A stretch of 24,000 nucleotides of DNA from Firmicutes bacterium HGW-Firmicutes-2 (GTDB lineage Bacteria; Bacillota; Clostridia; Lachnospirales; Vallitaleaceae): assembly GCA_002841495.1 (NCBI GenBank), contig PGZV01000018.1, forward strand, positions 25,612-49,611, written 5' to 3'. The stretch's first letter is position 1; the number at the start of each line of letters is the position of its first letter. Position numbers and translations under genes: made by a program. Shown piece by piece: positions 10,825-19,520 of the stretch. The notes below the pieces were generated by a model, which was not told where the DNA came from, made no database searches, and saw only the letters and a list, made by a program, of their open reading frames with translations.

Positions 10825-13273
10825 ATGGATGATAACAATCAATTTGATAAAATCATATCGGTAGATCTTCAAGATGAAATGAAAAAATCATATATTGACT
10901 ATGCGATGAGTGTTATTGCATCTTACACCGGATAAGCCTTATAGAAAATCGGCTCGTATTGTCGGTGATACCATGGGTAAGTATCACCCTCATGGTGACA
11001 GTTCTATCTATGAGACCATGGTTAGAATGGCACAAGACTTTTCCTATAGGTATATGCTCGTAGACGGTCATGGTAATTATGGATCTGTCGATGGGGATAG
11101 TGCAGCAGCAATGCGTTATACAGAAGCAAGAATGAGTAAAATCGCAATGGAATTATTAGCGGATATAGGTAAGGATACTGTGGATTTTGGTCCAAACTTT
11201 GATGAATCCTTAAAACAGCCGCTGGTATTGCCTGCCAGATTCCCTAATTTATTGGTTAATGGTGCATCCGGTATTGCTGTAGGTATGGCAACGAATATAC
11301 CACCTCACAATCTTGGAGAAGTTATTGATGGTGTGACTAGAATTATTGACAACCGAGTTATCGAAGATCGAGATACAGATATTGATGAGATACTGGAAAT
11401 TATCAAAGGACCTGATTTTCCAACATCGGGTATTATACTTGGTAGTCAAGGTATTGAGCAAGCTTATAGAACCGGACGTGGTATTGTCAAAGTAAGAGCC
11501 GTAGCTAATATTGAAGCCATGTCAGGTGGAAAAAATAGAATTGTTATTACTGAATTACCTTATCAAGTGAATAAAGCAAAACTTATTGAGAAGATAGCGG
11601 ATCTTGTTAAAGAGAAAAAAATGGATGGCATATCAGACTTAAGAGATGAATCAGATAGAAATGGTATGCATGTGGTAGTTGAATTAAAGCGCGATGCTAA
11701 TCCAAATGTGGTATTAAATCAACTTTATAAGCATACCCAGTTACAGGATTCTTTTGGAATTAATATGCTTGCATTGGTCAATAATGAGCCTAGAGTTCTT
11801 AATCTAAAAGAGGTACTAGAACATTATCTAAACCACCAAGTGGATGTGGTTACAAGAAGAACCAAGTATGATCTAAAAAAAGCAGAAGAGCGTGCACATA
11901 TACTTGAAGGATTGCTTAAAGCCCTTGACTTTATTGATGAAGTTATTAAAGTTATCCGAGCTTCCAATTCAACAGCGGATGCGAAATTAAATCTAATGGA
12001 GAGATTTGGTTTTTCAGAAGTACAGTCTCAAGCCATTGTTGATTTAAGACTTAGAGCTTTAACAGGCCTTGAAAGAGAAAAACTTGAAGCTGAGTTTAAT
12101 GAACTTCAAGAAACAATTAAAGAATTAAAAGCATTATTAGCAGATGAAAAATTGCTGTATCAAAAAATAAAAGAAGAAATTCTCATTATTAAAGAAAAAT
12201 ATGCAGATCCAAGAAGAACTGAATTAACCTATGATTCTTCAGAAATTGACATGGAAGATCTCATTAAAAAGGAAAATACAGTTATTACTATGACCAGGCT
12301 TGGCTATGTAAAACGTATGCCTACAGATACGTATAAAAGTCAGAATCGTGGTGGTAAGGGCATTAAAGGTATGAAAACCATGGAAGATGATTTTGTAAAA
12401 GATATTTTCCTTACATCCACCCACCACTACTTACTGTTTTTCACCAATAAAGGTAAGGCATATCGCTTAAAAGCTTATGAAATACCGGAGTCCGGAAGAA
12501 CAGCAAGAGGAACAGCCATAGTTAATCTTTTACAGCTTGATCCAGGTGAAAAAATAACGGCGGTTATTCCTTTGAAATCTTATGAGGAAGATACTTATAT
12601 TGTTATGGCAACAAAAAAAGGTGTCATTAAGAAATCCTCAATTATGGAGTATCAGAACATAAGACAAAATGGCTTAATTGCAATTGGTATTAAAGATGAA
12701 GATGATCTAATAGAGGTAAAACTGACCAATGACAATGAAGAAATAATTCTAGGGACCAAGTATGGTCAGTGTATACGATTTGATGAAAAAGATGTTCGTA
12801 TAACAGGAAGAACTTCCCAGGGTGTTAGAGGTATGAACTTAAATGAAGGTGACGAAGTCATCGGTATGCAACTCATATCTCAAGGAACAGATTTACTAAT
12901 CGTGTCAGAAGGTGGACTTGGTAAGAGAACCAAGATGGAACAGTTTACCGTTCAACATAGAGGCGGTAAGGGTGTTAAGTTCTATAAAATCAGCGAACGT
13001 TCAGGTAATGTCTTAGGTATGAAAGCGGTTAGAAAAGGTGATGAAATGATCATTATAACCACCGAAGGCATTGTTATAAGAATTCGTGTAGGTGATGTTT
13101 CAAGACTTGGAAGAATCACTTCCGGTGTAAAACTCATGAATTTTAAGAAAGAGATTCGAATAGCGAGTATTGCAAGAATTAAAGTGGTTATTGATGAAGA
13201 TTTGAAAAATGATTTTAATGAAGCAGATATAATAGAATCAGAAATAGTTGAAGACAGCAGTCATGAGAATTAA
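10825..13273 (+). pseudogene. gyrA: DNA gyrase subunit A, disrupted as sequenced by loss of about 25 N-terminal codons plus a +1 frame change
   Basis: The ATG at 10825 lies 8 nt after a GGAGG RBS. It encodes [33 protein letters not shown], then YTG and a stop at 10933-10935. The rest of GyrA reads in the next frame from 10910: (V)[19 protein letters not shown]...HPHGD...AAMRYTE... through to 13273. The near-universal block [21 protein letters not shown] that normally joins these two pieces is absent. Confidence 0.85.
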
Positions 13274-13287
13274 ATCAGAATAATTAT

Positions 13288-13330
13288 AAACATGCCTTTA
13301 TCGTTTTTTATAAAGGCATGTTTTAATTTT
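13288..13330 (+). terminator. Rho-independent terminator after gyrA
   Basis: AAACATGCCTTTAT (13288-13301) pairs with ATAAAGGCATGTTT (13310-13323) across an 8-nt loop. The stem is followed by TTTTAATTTT. Confidence 0.85.
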
Positions 13331-13350
13331 ACCAGGAAGTTTGGATCAAC

Positions 13351-13379
13351 TTGACGCATATCTTTAATACCATTGTAAT
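13351..13379 (+). promoter_or_regulatory. Candidate sigma-A promoter for the CAP/SLH gene
   Basis: TTGACG (13351-13356), a 17-nt spacer, then TGTAAT (13374-13379). A second candidate extended -10 element, TGATATAAT, lies at 13398-13406. No experimental support. Confidence 0.3.
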
Positions 13380-13452
13380 GAGGTTGACATCATCATTTGA
13401 TATAATGAGATTTGTAGAATTGTATTATTATGAGTTAGGAGATGGCAATATC

Positions 13453-14805
13453 ATGAAGCGAATTATTATGTGGATACTAATATTAATCATAGCTATGGGC
13501 AGTAAGTCATATGCAAGTACTATAGTCATTCAATCAAAAATTGATGCAGATGAGATTGAAAGAACCGTTAATGCCATCAATATCTCAAGGGAGAATATGT
13601 CTTTGAGGCCACTTAGAGTCAATAATACTCTAAAAGAAATGGCTTTGACTCATTCAAAATATATGAATCACAATAAGACTTTATCCAGTATGGAACAAGC
13701 CGGAAAACTTTATTTTAGGGGTCGATATCCATGGGATAGGGCAAATTTCTTTAAATACAATAAAGCCTATGTTTATGAATTCGTTAAAAAAGATTTGAAT
13801 AATTACATGGAAGGTTATAATCAGCTCATTCATGACCCTGTAACGAGAGTTGTATTATTAGATAATCAGTACTTAGACATTGGCATGAATAAAGAAAATA
13901 ATTACTTTACATACTTATTAGGAGGTAGTGTACGAACTGAAGATCAGTTGGTGATTTATCCATATGATGGATTAAAAAATGTTCCATTAAAATGGCAAGG
14001 AGATTCTCATGCATTGCTTTATAAAAATACGACAACAAATGGTAATTTTGGTTTGCCGATTACGGTGACTTACTATGGTAATCCCATTGAAAGAGTAACA
14101 TCTTTAAAAAGTTCCATAGTACGAAAGGACAATGGTAAATCTGTAAGTCATAGAGTTATACTTCCGACGGATCTACATCAATTAAAAAATACCATAACAC
14201 TTTTACCACTTGAAGCTTATGATCAGAATACAACCTATCAAGTTAAAGCGAGCTTTATCTTACGACTGGAAAATGGATCATTAAAGTATATTAATGAAAC
14301 AATTGAATTTACGACAACGAGTAGTGTCGTAAAATCTACGGATAGCAGATATTTGACAAGAGCTCTTTTTGTTGAAAAAGTTTTAAAGAATCAATTTTTA
14401 GGCTTTACATTGCAAGAACCTTTAAAGCTTGAGTTTAAAGATGTGGATATAAACTCAACTGAAAGCATTTATATCTATACCGCAAGTCAAGAAAACTTGA
14501 TTTCCGGTTTTCCGGACCAGAGTTTCAGACCTTTAATAAATATTACAAAAGAGCAAGCGTATATTATACTTATTAAAGCCTATGAAAAGAAATTTCCCAG
14601 GATTTCTTTAAGCGGTAGTGATCAACTTAATCAATACCAAGATCATACCAATATTAGCAGTTGGGCCAGAGAATCCTTATTGAAAGCACAACAACTTGGC
14701 ATAGTGATTCATACGAATAAAAGAATTGAACCACAAGCTTTTATTAAAGAAGATGAATTTGACCAAATAATGGCCTTATTTAGTAAAGTTTTAAAAGATA
14801 AATAG
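13453..14805 (+). CDS. Secreted cell-wall-associated protein with an N-terminal CAP/SCP (YkwD-like) domain, a central beta-rich region and C-terminal SLH repeats
   Basis: The start is placed at the ATG at 13453, 11 nt after an AGGAG RBS. This gives the signal peptide MKRIIMWILILIIAMGSKSYA/S. The CAP-like region includes INISRENMSLRPLRVNNTLKEMALTHSKYM. SLH-like repeats include FKDVDINSTESIYIYTASQENLISGFPDQSFRPLINITKEQAYIIL and a second repeat around ISSWARESLLKAQQLGIV. The track start at 13351 adds a non-homologous extension. Confidence 0.75.
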   Translation: MKRIIMWILILIIAMGSKSYASTIVIQSKIDADEIERTVNAINISRENMSLRPLRVNNTLKEMALTHSKYMNHNKTLSSMEQAGKLYFRGRYPWDRANFFKYNKAYVYEFVKKDLNNYMEGYNQLIHDPVTRVVLLDNQYLDIGMNKENNYFTYLLGGSVRTEDQLVIYPYDGLKNVPLKWQGDSHALLYKNTTTNGNFGLPITVTYYGNPIERVTSLKSSIVRKDNGKSVSHRVILPTDLHQLKNTITLLPLEAYDQNTTYQVKASFILRLENGSLKYINETIEFTTTSSVVKSTDSRYLTRALFVEKVLKNQFLGFTLQEPLKLEFKDVDINSTESIYIYTASQENLISGFPDQSFRPLINITKEQAYIILIKAYEKKFPRISLSGSDQLNQYQDHTNISSWARESLLKAQQLGIVIHTNKRIEPQAFIKEDEFDQIMALFSKVLKDK

Positions 14806-14817
14806 CAATAAAAATAA

Positions 14818-14853
14818 TAAAAAACGCAATCTTTATATAGATTGCGTTTTTTA
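14818..14853 (+). terminator. Rho-independent terminator after the CAP/SLH gene
   Basis: CGCAATCT (14825-14832) pairs with AGATTGCG (14839-14846) across the loop TTATAT. An A-tract lies upstream and TTTTTTAT downstream. Confidence 0.85.
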
Positions 14854-14979
14854 TTCTCAAGGAAAGTCATACTATAGTATTTGGCCTAAAAACATGGCAG
14901 AATACGTTAAAGACCTTTCCTATCGAACCATTCAGAAATATGAGCAGAGCTCATAACGAAGCAAAGCTTCTTTTCTTGT

Positions 14980-15008
14980 TTGACCATTTTAGGATTTGGC
15001 TTTAAAAT
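14980..15008 (+). promoter_or_regulatory. Candidate sigma-A promoter for the hydro-lyase operon
   Basis: TTGACC (14980-14985), a 17-nt spacer, then TAAAAT (15003-15008). It lies about 35 nt upstream of the ATG at 15044. Confidence 0.4.
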
Positions 15009-15043
15009 AGAAGATAAGTAGGTATTTATGAAGGAGAGCAATA

Positions 15044-15886
15044 ATGAGAAAAGTAAATGTAGAAATTATAACAAAGACAGTAAAAGAATTATGCATAGAA
15101 GCAAACTATTATTGTAACGATGATATAATAGATGCACTAAAAAAAAGTAAAGAAACAGAAGAATCGCCCATAGGGTCTGGCATATTAGACCAAATCATTC
15201 AAAATGCCGAAATTGCAGGTAGGAAAAAAATGCCCATATGTCAAGATACAGGTATGGCCATTATATTTTTGACCATAGGGCAGGAAATATTCTTTGAAGG
15301 TGGATTAATTGAAGAAGCAGTGCAAGAAGGTGTTAGACAGGGATATGAAGAAGGCTTTCTTAGAAAATCCATTGTGGGTGATCCATTTAACAGAATAAAC
15401 ACAGGTGATAATACACCTGCTATCATTCATTATGATCTTATTAAAGGTGACAGGCTGACGATAGAAGTAGCGCCAAAAGGATTCGGAAGTGAGAATATGA
15501 GCCGTATACATATGCTAAAACCTTCAGATGGTATAGAAGGTGCTAAGGAAGCGATTATTTCAACAGTAGACCTGGCAGGTGGAAATGCATGTCCACCTAT
15601 GATTGTGGGTGTGGGCATTGGCGGATCTTTTGAAAAAGCAGCTTTATTATCAAAAAGGGCTTTATTAAGAGACGTAGGTGAATACTCGACCATTCCTTAT
15701 GTCAAAGACTTAGAAATCGAACTATTAGATAAAATCAATCAGTTGGGTATTGGACCACAAGGACTTGGTGGACGAACAACCGCTCTAGATGTACATATAG
15801 AAGTATTTCCAACACATATAGCCGGACTTCCTGTAGCAGTTAATATTGGATGTCATGTAACACGTCATGCTAAAAAAACCATATAG
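15044..15886 (+). CDS. Fe-S hydro-lyase alpha subunit of the tartrate/fumarate subfamily (class I fumarate hydratase, N-terminal-domain type)
   Basis: 280 aa with MPICQDTGMAIIFL, NTPAIIHYD, ACPPMIVGVGIGGS and GPQGLGGRTTALDV, all typical of FumA-N/TtdA. An AAGGAGAG RBS lies upstream. Confidence 0.92.
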   Translation: MRKVNVEIITKTVKELCIEANYYCNDDIIDALKKSKETEESPIGSGILDQIIQNAEIAGRKKMPICQDTGMAIIFLTIGQEIFFEGGLIEEAVQEGVRQGYEEGFLRKSIVGDPFNRINTGDNTPAIIHYDLIKGDRLTIEVAPKGFGSENMSRIHMLKPSDGIEGAKEAIISTVDLAGGNACPPMIVGVGIGGSFEKAALLSKRALLRDVGEYSTIPYVKDLEIELLDKINQLGIGPQGLGGRTTALDVHIEVFPTHIAGLPVAVNIGCHVTRHAKKTI

Positions 15887-15894
15887 GAGGTACT

Positions 15895-16455
15895 ATGACA
15901 AAAAAAATAACAACACCTTTAGATAAAGCAACAATTATAAAGCTAAAAGCAGGCGATGAGGTATTACTATCCGGAGTAATCTATACATCAAGAGACGCGG
16001 GGCATAAAAGAATGATAGAACAAATGGAAAGAGGAGAAGCTTTGCCCTTTAACATTAGGGATGCAATCATTTACTACGTGGGCCCATCCCCAAAGAAGCC
16101 AGGAGAGATTATAGGATCAGCAGGTCCGACCACAAGTTATCGTATGGATGCTTATACACCGAAGTTGCTAGATTCTGGACTTAGTGGTATGATTGGTAAA
16201 GGGGATAGAAATGACGTCGTCATTCAATCTATAATTAAAAACAAAGCAGTTTATTTTGCTGCTGTTGGCGGCGCTGCAGCGTTGATTGCGGACAGAATTG
16301 TGTCTTCAGAAATTATTGCCTATGATGACTTGGGAACAGAAGCATTAAGAAGACTTATTGTTAAAGATTTCCCATGTATCGTCGTTATTGATCATGAAGG
16401 TCGTAATTTGTATAAGTCTGAAAAAGAGAAGTATAGAGTAACAAATAAACAGTAA
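15895..16455 (+). CDS. Fe-S hydro-lyase beta subunit (class I fumarate hydratase, C-terminal-domain type)
   Basis: 186 aa with LSGVIYTSRDAGHKRM, GPTTSYRMD, GMIGKG and AVGGAAAL, typical of FumA-C/TtdB. It begins 8 nt after the alpha subunit gene and has an AGGAGG RBS. Confidence 0.92.
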   Translation: MTKKITTPLDKATIIKLKAGDEVLLSGVIYTSRDAGHKRMIEQMERGEALPFNIRDAIIYYVGPSPKKPGEIIGSAGPTTSYRMDAYTPKLLDSGLSGMIGKGDRNDVVIQSIIKNKAVYFAAVGGAAALIADRIVSSEIIAYDDLGTEALRRLIVKDFPCIVVIDHEGRNLYKSEKEKYRVTNKQ

Positions 16456-16729
16456 GTCTTTAAATAATTACATACCTAGGACATATTATGTTGTATCAAC
16501 TTACAAGTTAAATTATACTAATACTAAGCGTTTCTTATATTTAATTGTAGGAAACATTTACAAATATTTATTGCAATTAGAAGAATAATTATGTGTTCCA
16601 TTTATATAGCCGGATTTATAATGCATTTCCATTTAAGACAATCAGATATAAATAAGTCTTTTATAGAAGCATCACCGATTTGGTTATATATGTAAAAATA
16701 AAATGCATTTAAAAAAAGGGAGGTCAATT

Positions 16730-17830
16730 ATGTTTAAGAAATTATTAACAATCGTATTCGCTTTAGCAATGATTTTATCATTGGCTCTTGTAACAGGTTG
16801 CGCAAAAAATGAACCAGAGGTTACAACAGATCCGGTGGCTGAAACACCAGAAGAAACACCAGAAGAAGAACCTGCAGAGGTTAGAGAGTTTACAGTAGGG
16901 CTTGTAACTGACGTTGGTGGTATTGATGACAAATCATTCAACCAAGGTACTTGGGAAGGTATCCTTGAATTTGCATCAGCAAAAGGTGCTCAAACAAAAT
17001 ATCTTCAATCGGATTCGGATGCAGACTATATTCCAAATCTATCAAACTTCTCAGACGAAGAGATGGACATTATCATAGCACCAGGCTTTTTATTTGAAGC
17101 TGCTTTAACAGAAGTTGCAACGAATTTCCCAGACCAAAAATATCTAATTATTGATATGGTAATTGGTGATAAACCTAATGTTGCCAGTGCAGTATTTGCT
17201 GAAGAACAAGGATCATTCCTTGTTGGTGTTGCAGCAGCTTTAACAGCACAAGAAGCTGGAAAAGACACAGTAGGTTTTATTGGCGGTATGGACTTTGACC
17301 TTATTCAAAAATTTGAAGCAGGATTTGAAGCTGGTGTTGCAGCTGTTGATCCTAATATGACTGTGTTAGTTGAGTATGCAGGCGATTTCTCAAACGCACA
17401 AATCGGTCAAACTTTAGCAGCTAAAATGTATAATCAAGGTGCATATATTATTTTCCATGCAGCTGGTGGTACAGGAAACGGACTGATTAAAGAAGCTAAA
17501 GACCGTCGTACAAATGGAGAAGATGTTTGGGCGATAGGTGTTGATAAAGATCAATATGAAGATGGTATCTATGAAGGTGATATGTCAGCTGTTTTGACAT
17601 CTATGATGAAACGTGTTGACGTAGCAGCATATGATGTGGCTGAAATGACTTACAATGGTAATTTCCCAGGTGGCGGAATCCTTGTATTTGACTTGACGAA
17701 CCAAGGTGTTGGTATACCAGAAACCAATCCAAACTTAGCGGATACAGTTGTAGAAGAAGTAAAAGTATATGAAGGAAAAGTTGTTGCTGGTGAAATTGAA
17801 GTACCGGTAATACCAAATCGTTTAAAATAG
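16730..17830 (+). CDS. BMP-family (PnrA/Med/NupN-like) ABC transporter substrate-binding lipoprotein, probably nucleoside-binding
   Basis: The ATG at 16730 lies 6 nt after a GGGAGG RBS. The signal peptide ends in the lipobox LVTG|C. A PE-rich linker is followed by the BMP core GLVTDVGGIDDKSFNQGTWEGI...IIAPGF...GFIGGMD. The track start at 16703 reads through the RBS. Confidence 0.92.
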   Translation: MFKKLLTIVFALAMILSLALVTGCAKNEPEVTTDPVAETPEETPEEEPAEVREFTVGLVTDVGGIDDKSFNQGTWEGILEFASAKGAQTKYLQSDSDADYIPNLSNFSDEEMDIIIAPGFLFEAALTEVATNFPDQKYLIIDMVIGDKPNVASAVFAEEQGSFLVGVAAALTAQEAGKDTVGFIGGMDFDLIQKFEAGFEAGVAAVDPNMTVLVEYAGDFSNAQIGQTLAAKMYNQGAYIIFHAAGGTGNGLIKEAKDRRTNGEDVWAIGVDKDQYEDGIYEGDMSAVLTSMMKRVDVAAYDVAEMTYNGNFPGGGILVFDLTNQGVGIPETNPNLADTVVEEVKVYEGKVVAGEIEVPVIPNRLK

Positions 17831-17844
17831 TTTATTTACTTTTT

Positions 17845-17876
17845 AAAGCCAAGACGATTTAGTCTTGGCTTTTTAT
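17845..17876 (+). terminator. Rho-independent terminator directly after the binding-protein gene
   Basis: AAAGCCAAGAC (17845-17855) pairs with GTCTTGGCTTT (17862-17872) across the loop GATTTA. The stem is followed by TTTTAT. Confidence 0.85.
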
Positions 17877-17882
17877 CTTCCA

Positions 17883-17959
17883 TCATCATGCTCTACTGCA
17901 TGATGACCATTGTTACTTAGAAATCTAAGTGGTAATGGTCATCATACCGTTGTAACAAT
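17883..17959 (+). promoter_or_regulatory. Structured leader or inverted-repeat element upstream of the glycyl-radical enzyme gene; class unknown
   Basis: P1 pairs 17883-17891 (TCATCATGC) with 17898-17906 (GCATGATGA). P2 is 21 bp, pairing 17900-17920 with 17925-17945 across the loop AAAT, and includes three G-U pairs. P1 and P2 share nucleotides 17900-17906 and are therefore mutually exclusive. A third option pairs ATTGTTAC (17909-17916) with GTAACAAT (17952-17959). No T-tract follows any of these stems. Confidence 0.3.
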
Positions 17960-17996
17960 CCATGTATATATGAACCTGAAATGAAGAGGTAAAAAT

Positions 17997-19520
17997 ATGA
18001 GATCTGTCCTAAATGATTTGACATCGATAGCTTCTGCTATCAATATGACGTATCAACAAAAGCTTTCCTCAATGGCAAATATTGGAGAAAGACTTGTAGA
18101 TCCAAGAGTGTCATTAGGCTACACTGATGAAGAGATGATATATATTGAAAACGACATGATTTGTGATCTGAATGAAGGCTATTTACCTTACAGACCCAGA
18201 TATATCGTTCCTGATTATGATGTCTTTGTTAGAAATGGCTGTGATTTCCTAGACATAAAGCCACCAACAGACTTGGATACCCTCCTTGACGGACTGTTAA
18301 TACTTTATCGCCATGTACCATCTATTACATCCTTTCCTGTCTACATAGGTAGATTAGATCAACTTATAGACCCTTTCATTCGTGATGAGGCTTCAGATTA
18401 TACTAAAATAAAAAGATTTTTAAATCATATTGATAAAACCATTGTCGATTCTTTTTGTCATGGAAATATTGGTCCATCACAGACCCGTGCCGGTTATTTA
18501 ATATTAAAAGCCGTGGTTGAGCTACAGAACCCGACACCCAACTTAACGTTATTATATGATGCACATTTAACATCAAAAGATTTTGCCCTTGAAGCTGTAA
18601 AAACATGTTTGTTAGCTGCAAAACCATCTTTTAGTAATCAAGTTATGTACCAAAAAGATGTTGGTAATCATGGGATTGTCAGTTGTTATAATGCACTGCC
18701 ATTAGCAGGTGGTGCCTATACACTTTTAAGATTAAGACTAGGAACAATGGCAAAAAAAGCGGATTCTACGAAACAGTTTATTGAAGATATTTTGCCCGAA
18801 GTTGCAATTAAAATGGCAACGATGATGGATAAAAGGGTCAAATATATGGTGGAGCAAAGCAACTTTTTTGAAACGTCCTTTTTGATTAAGGAAGGTTTTA
18901 TCAGTCAGGAAAATTTTACGGCTATGTTTGGTATCGTAGGTTTAGCGGATGCGGTGAATCACCTATTAAAACTTGAAGGAATTTTAGAAACCTTTGGACA
19001 ATCAATAAGAGGCGATGAAATAGGCCATAAAATCTTATCTACATTAGAACAAATTGTGGATCAACATGAGGCACCTTATCTTCAAAGGACCGATGGCCAT
19101 TACCTATTACATGCACAAGTCGGTGCGGACTTAAGTCCAGAAGATAAAGACAATACTCCGGCTCATCGCATCAAAGTAGGTCAAGAGCCTATACTACCCA
19201 TTCATTTAACCCAATCTGCGTCTTTTCATAAATACTTCAAATCCGGAACAGGTGACTTATTTGCATTTGATCAAACCTATTTGGACCACTTAGACGCTCT
19301 TCTTGATATTATTCAAGGTGCTTTTTCTGAGGGCTACCGATACATTACCACCTATTTGCAGAACTCTGATTTAATTAGAGTAACAGGTTATTTGGTGAAA
19401 CGCAGTGATGTTGAACGATTTAATCATAATCAAGTTGTTCTAAGAGATACGGATATATTTGGTAGTGGTACCAATAATAACGCTAATGTTTTTAACAGAC
19501 AAACGAGGACCTACAAGTGA
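17997..19520 (+). CDS. yjjI: YjjI-family (DUF3029) putative glycyl-radical enzyme
   Basis: 507 aa. The glycyl-radical fingerprint RVTGY occupies residues 461-465 (nt 19377-19391; Gly464 at 19386-19388), about 43 aa from the C-terminus. A candidate thiyl-Cys loop, GIVSCYNALP, contains Cys230 at 18684-18686. The size and the pairing with a YjjW-type activase match E. coli YjjI/YjjW, which are about 516 and 287 aa from memory. An AGAGG RBS lies 7 nt upstream. Confidence 0.75.
   Translation: MRSVLNDLTSIASAINMTYQQKLSSMANIGERLVDPRVSLGYTDEEMIYIENDMICDLNEGYLPYRPRYIVPDYDVFVRNGCDFLDIKPPTDLDTLLDGLLILYRHVPSITSFPVYIGRLDQLIDPFIRDEASDYTKIKRFLNHIDKTIVDSFCHGNIGPSQTRAGYLILKAVVELQNPTPNLTLLYDAHLTSKDFALEAVKTCLLAAKPSFSNQVMYQKDVGNHGIVSCYNALPLAGGAYTLLRLRLGTMAKKADSTKQFIEDILPEVAIKMATMMDKRVKYMVEQSNFFETSFLIKEGFISQENFTAMFGIVGLADAVNHLLKLEGILETFGQSIRGDEIGHKILSTLEQIVDQHEAPYLQRTDGHYLLHAQVGADLSPEDKDNTPAHRIKVGQEPILPIHLTQSASFHKYFKSGTGDLFAFDQTYLDHLDALLDIIQGAFSEGYRYITTYLQNSDLIRVTGYLVKRSDVERFNHNQVVLRDTDIFGSGTNNNANVFNRQTRTYK

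Noticed and set aside
10985-11014. The gyrA quinolone-resistance-determining region, checked for resistance substitutions
   Set aside because: It reads [10 protein letters not shown]. The position equivalent to E. coli Ser83 is Ser, and the Asp87 position is Glu, as in wild-type Bacillus. There is no evidence of resistance mutations.
13384-13406. TTGACA (13384-13389) paired with TATAAT (13401-13406) as a canonical promoter
   Set aside because: The spacer is only 11 nt. The TGATATAAT extended -10 might still function on its own, so it is mentioned under the promoter feature but not called separately.
14894-14956. A 20-codon ORF (MAEYVKDLSYRTIQKYEQSS) and a small hairpin (TATGAGC-AGA-GCTCATA, 14938-14954) in the spacer before the hydro-lyase operon
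   Set aside because: The ORF has no RBS and I recognise no homology. The hairpin is only 7 bp with no T-tract. The evidence is insufficient to call a gene, a gene remnant or a regulator.
16456-16729. A possible purine, nucleoside or other riboswitch, or a CodY/PurR operator, in the 274-bp region upstream of the BMP transporter gene
   Set aside because: I found no purine-riboswitch junction or loop motifs, no convincing multi-helix structure and no clear CodY-box-like palindrome. Only weak hexamers resembling -35 and -10 elements are present. An Rfam scan would be needed to exclude this fully.
15241-17816. Minus-strand ORFs inside the hydro-lyase alpha gene and the BMP lipoprotein gene: 15241-15426, 15305-15511, 15430-15693, 16684-16941, 17026-17268 and 17601-17816
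   Set aside because: These are shadow ORFs opposite genes with clear family signatures.
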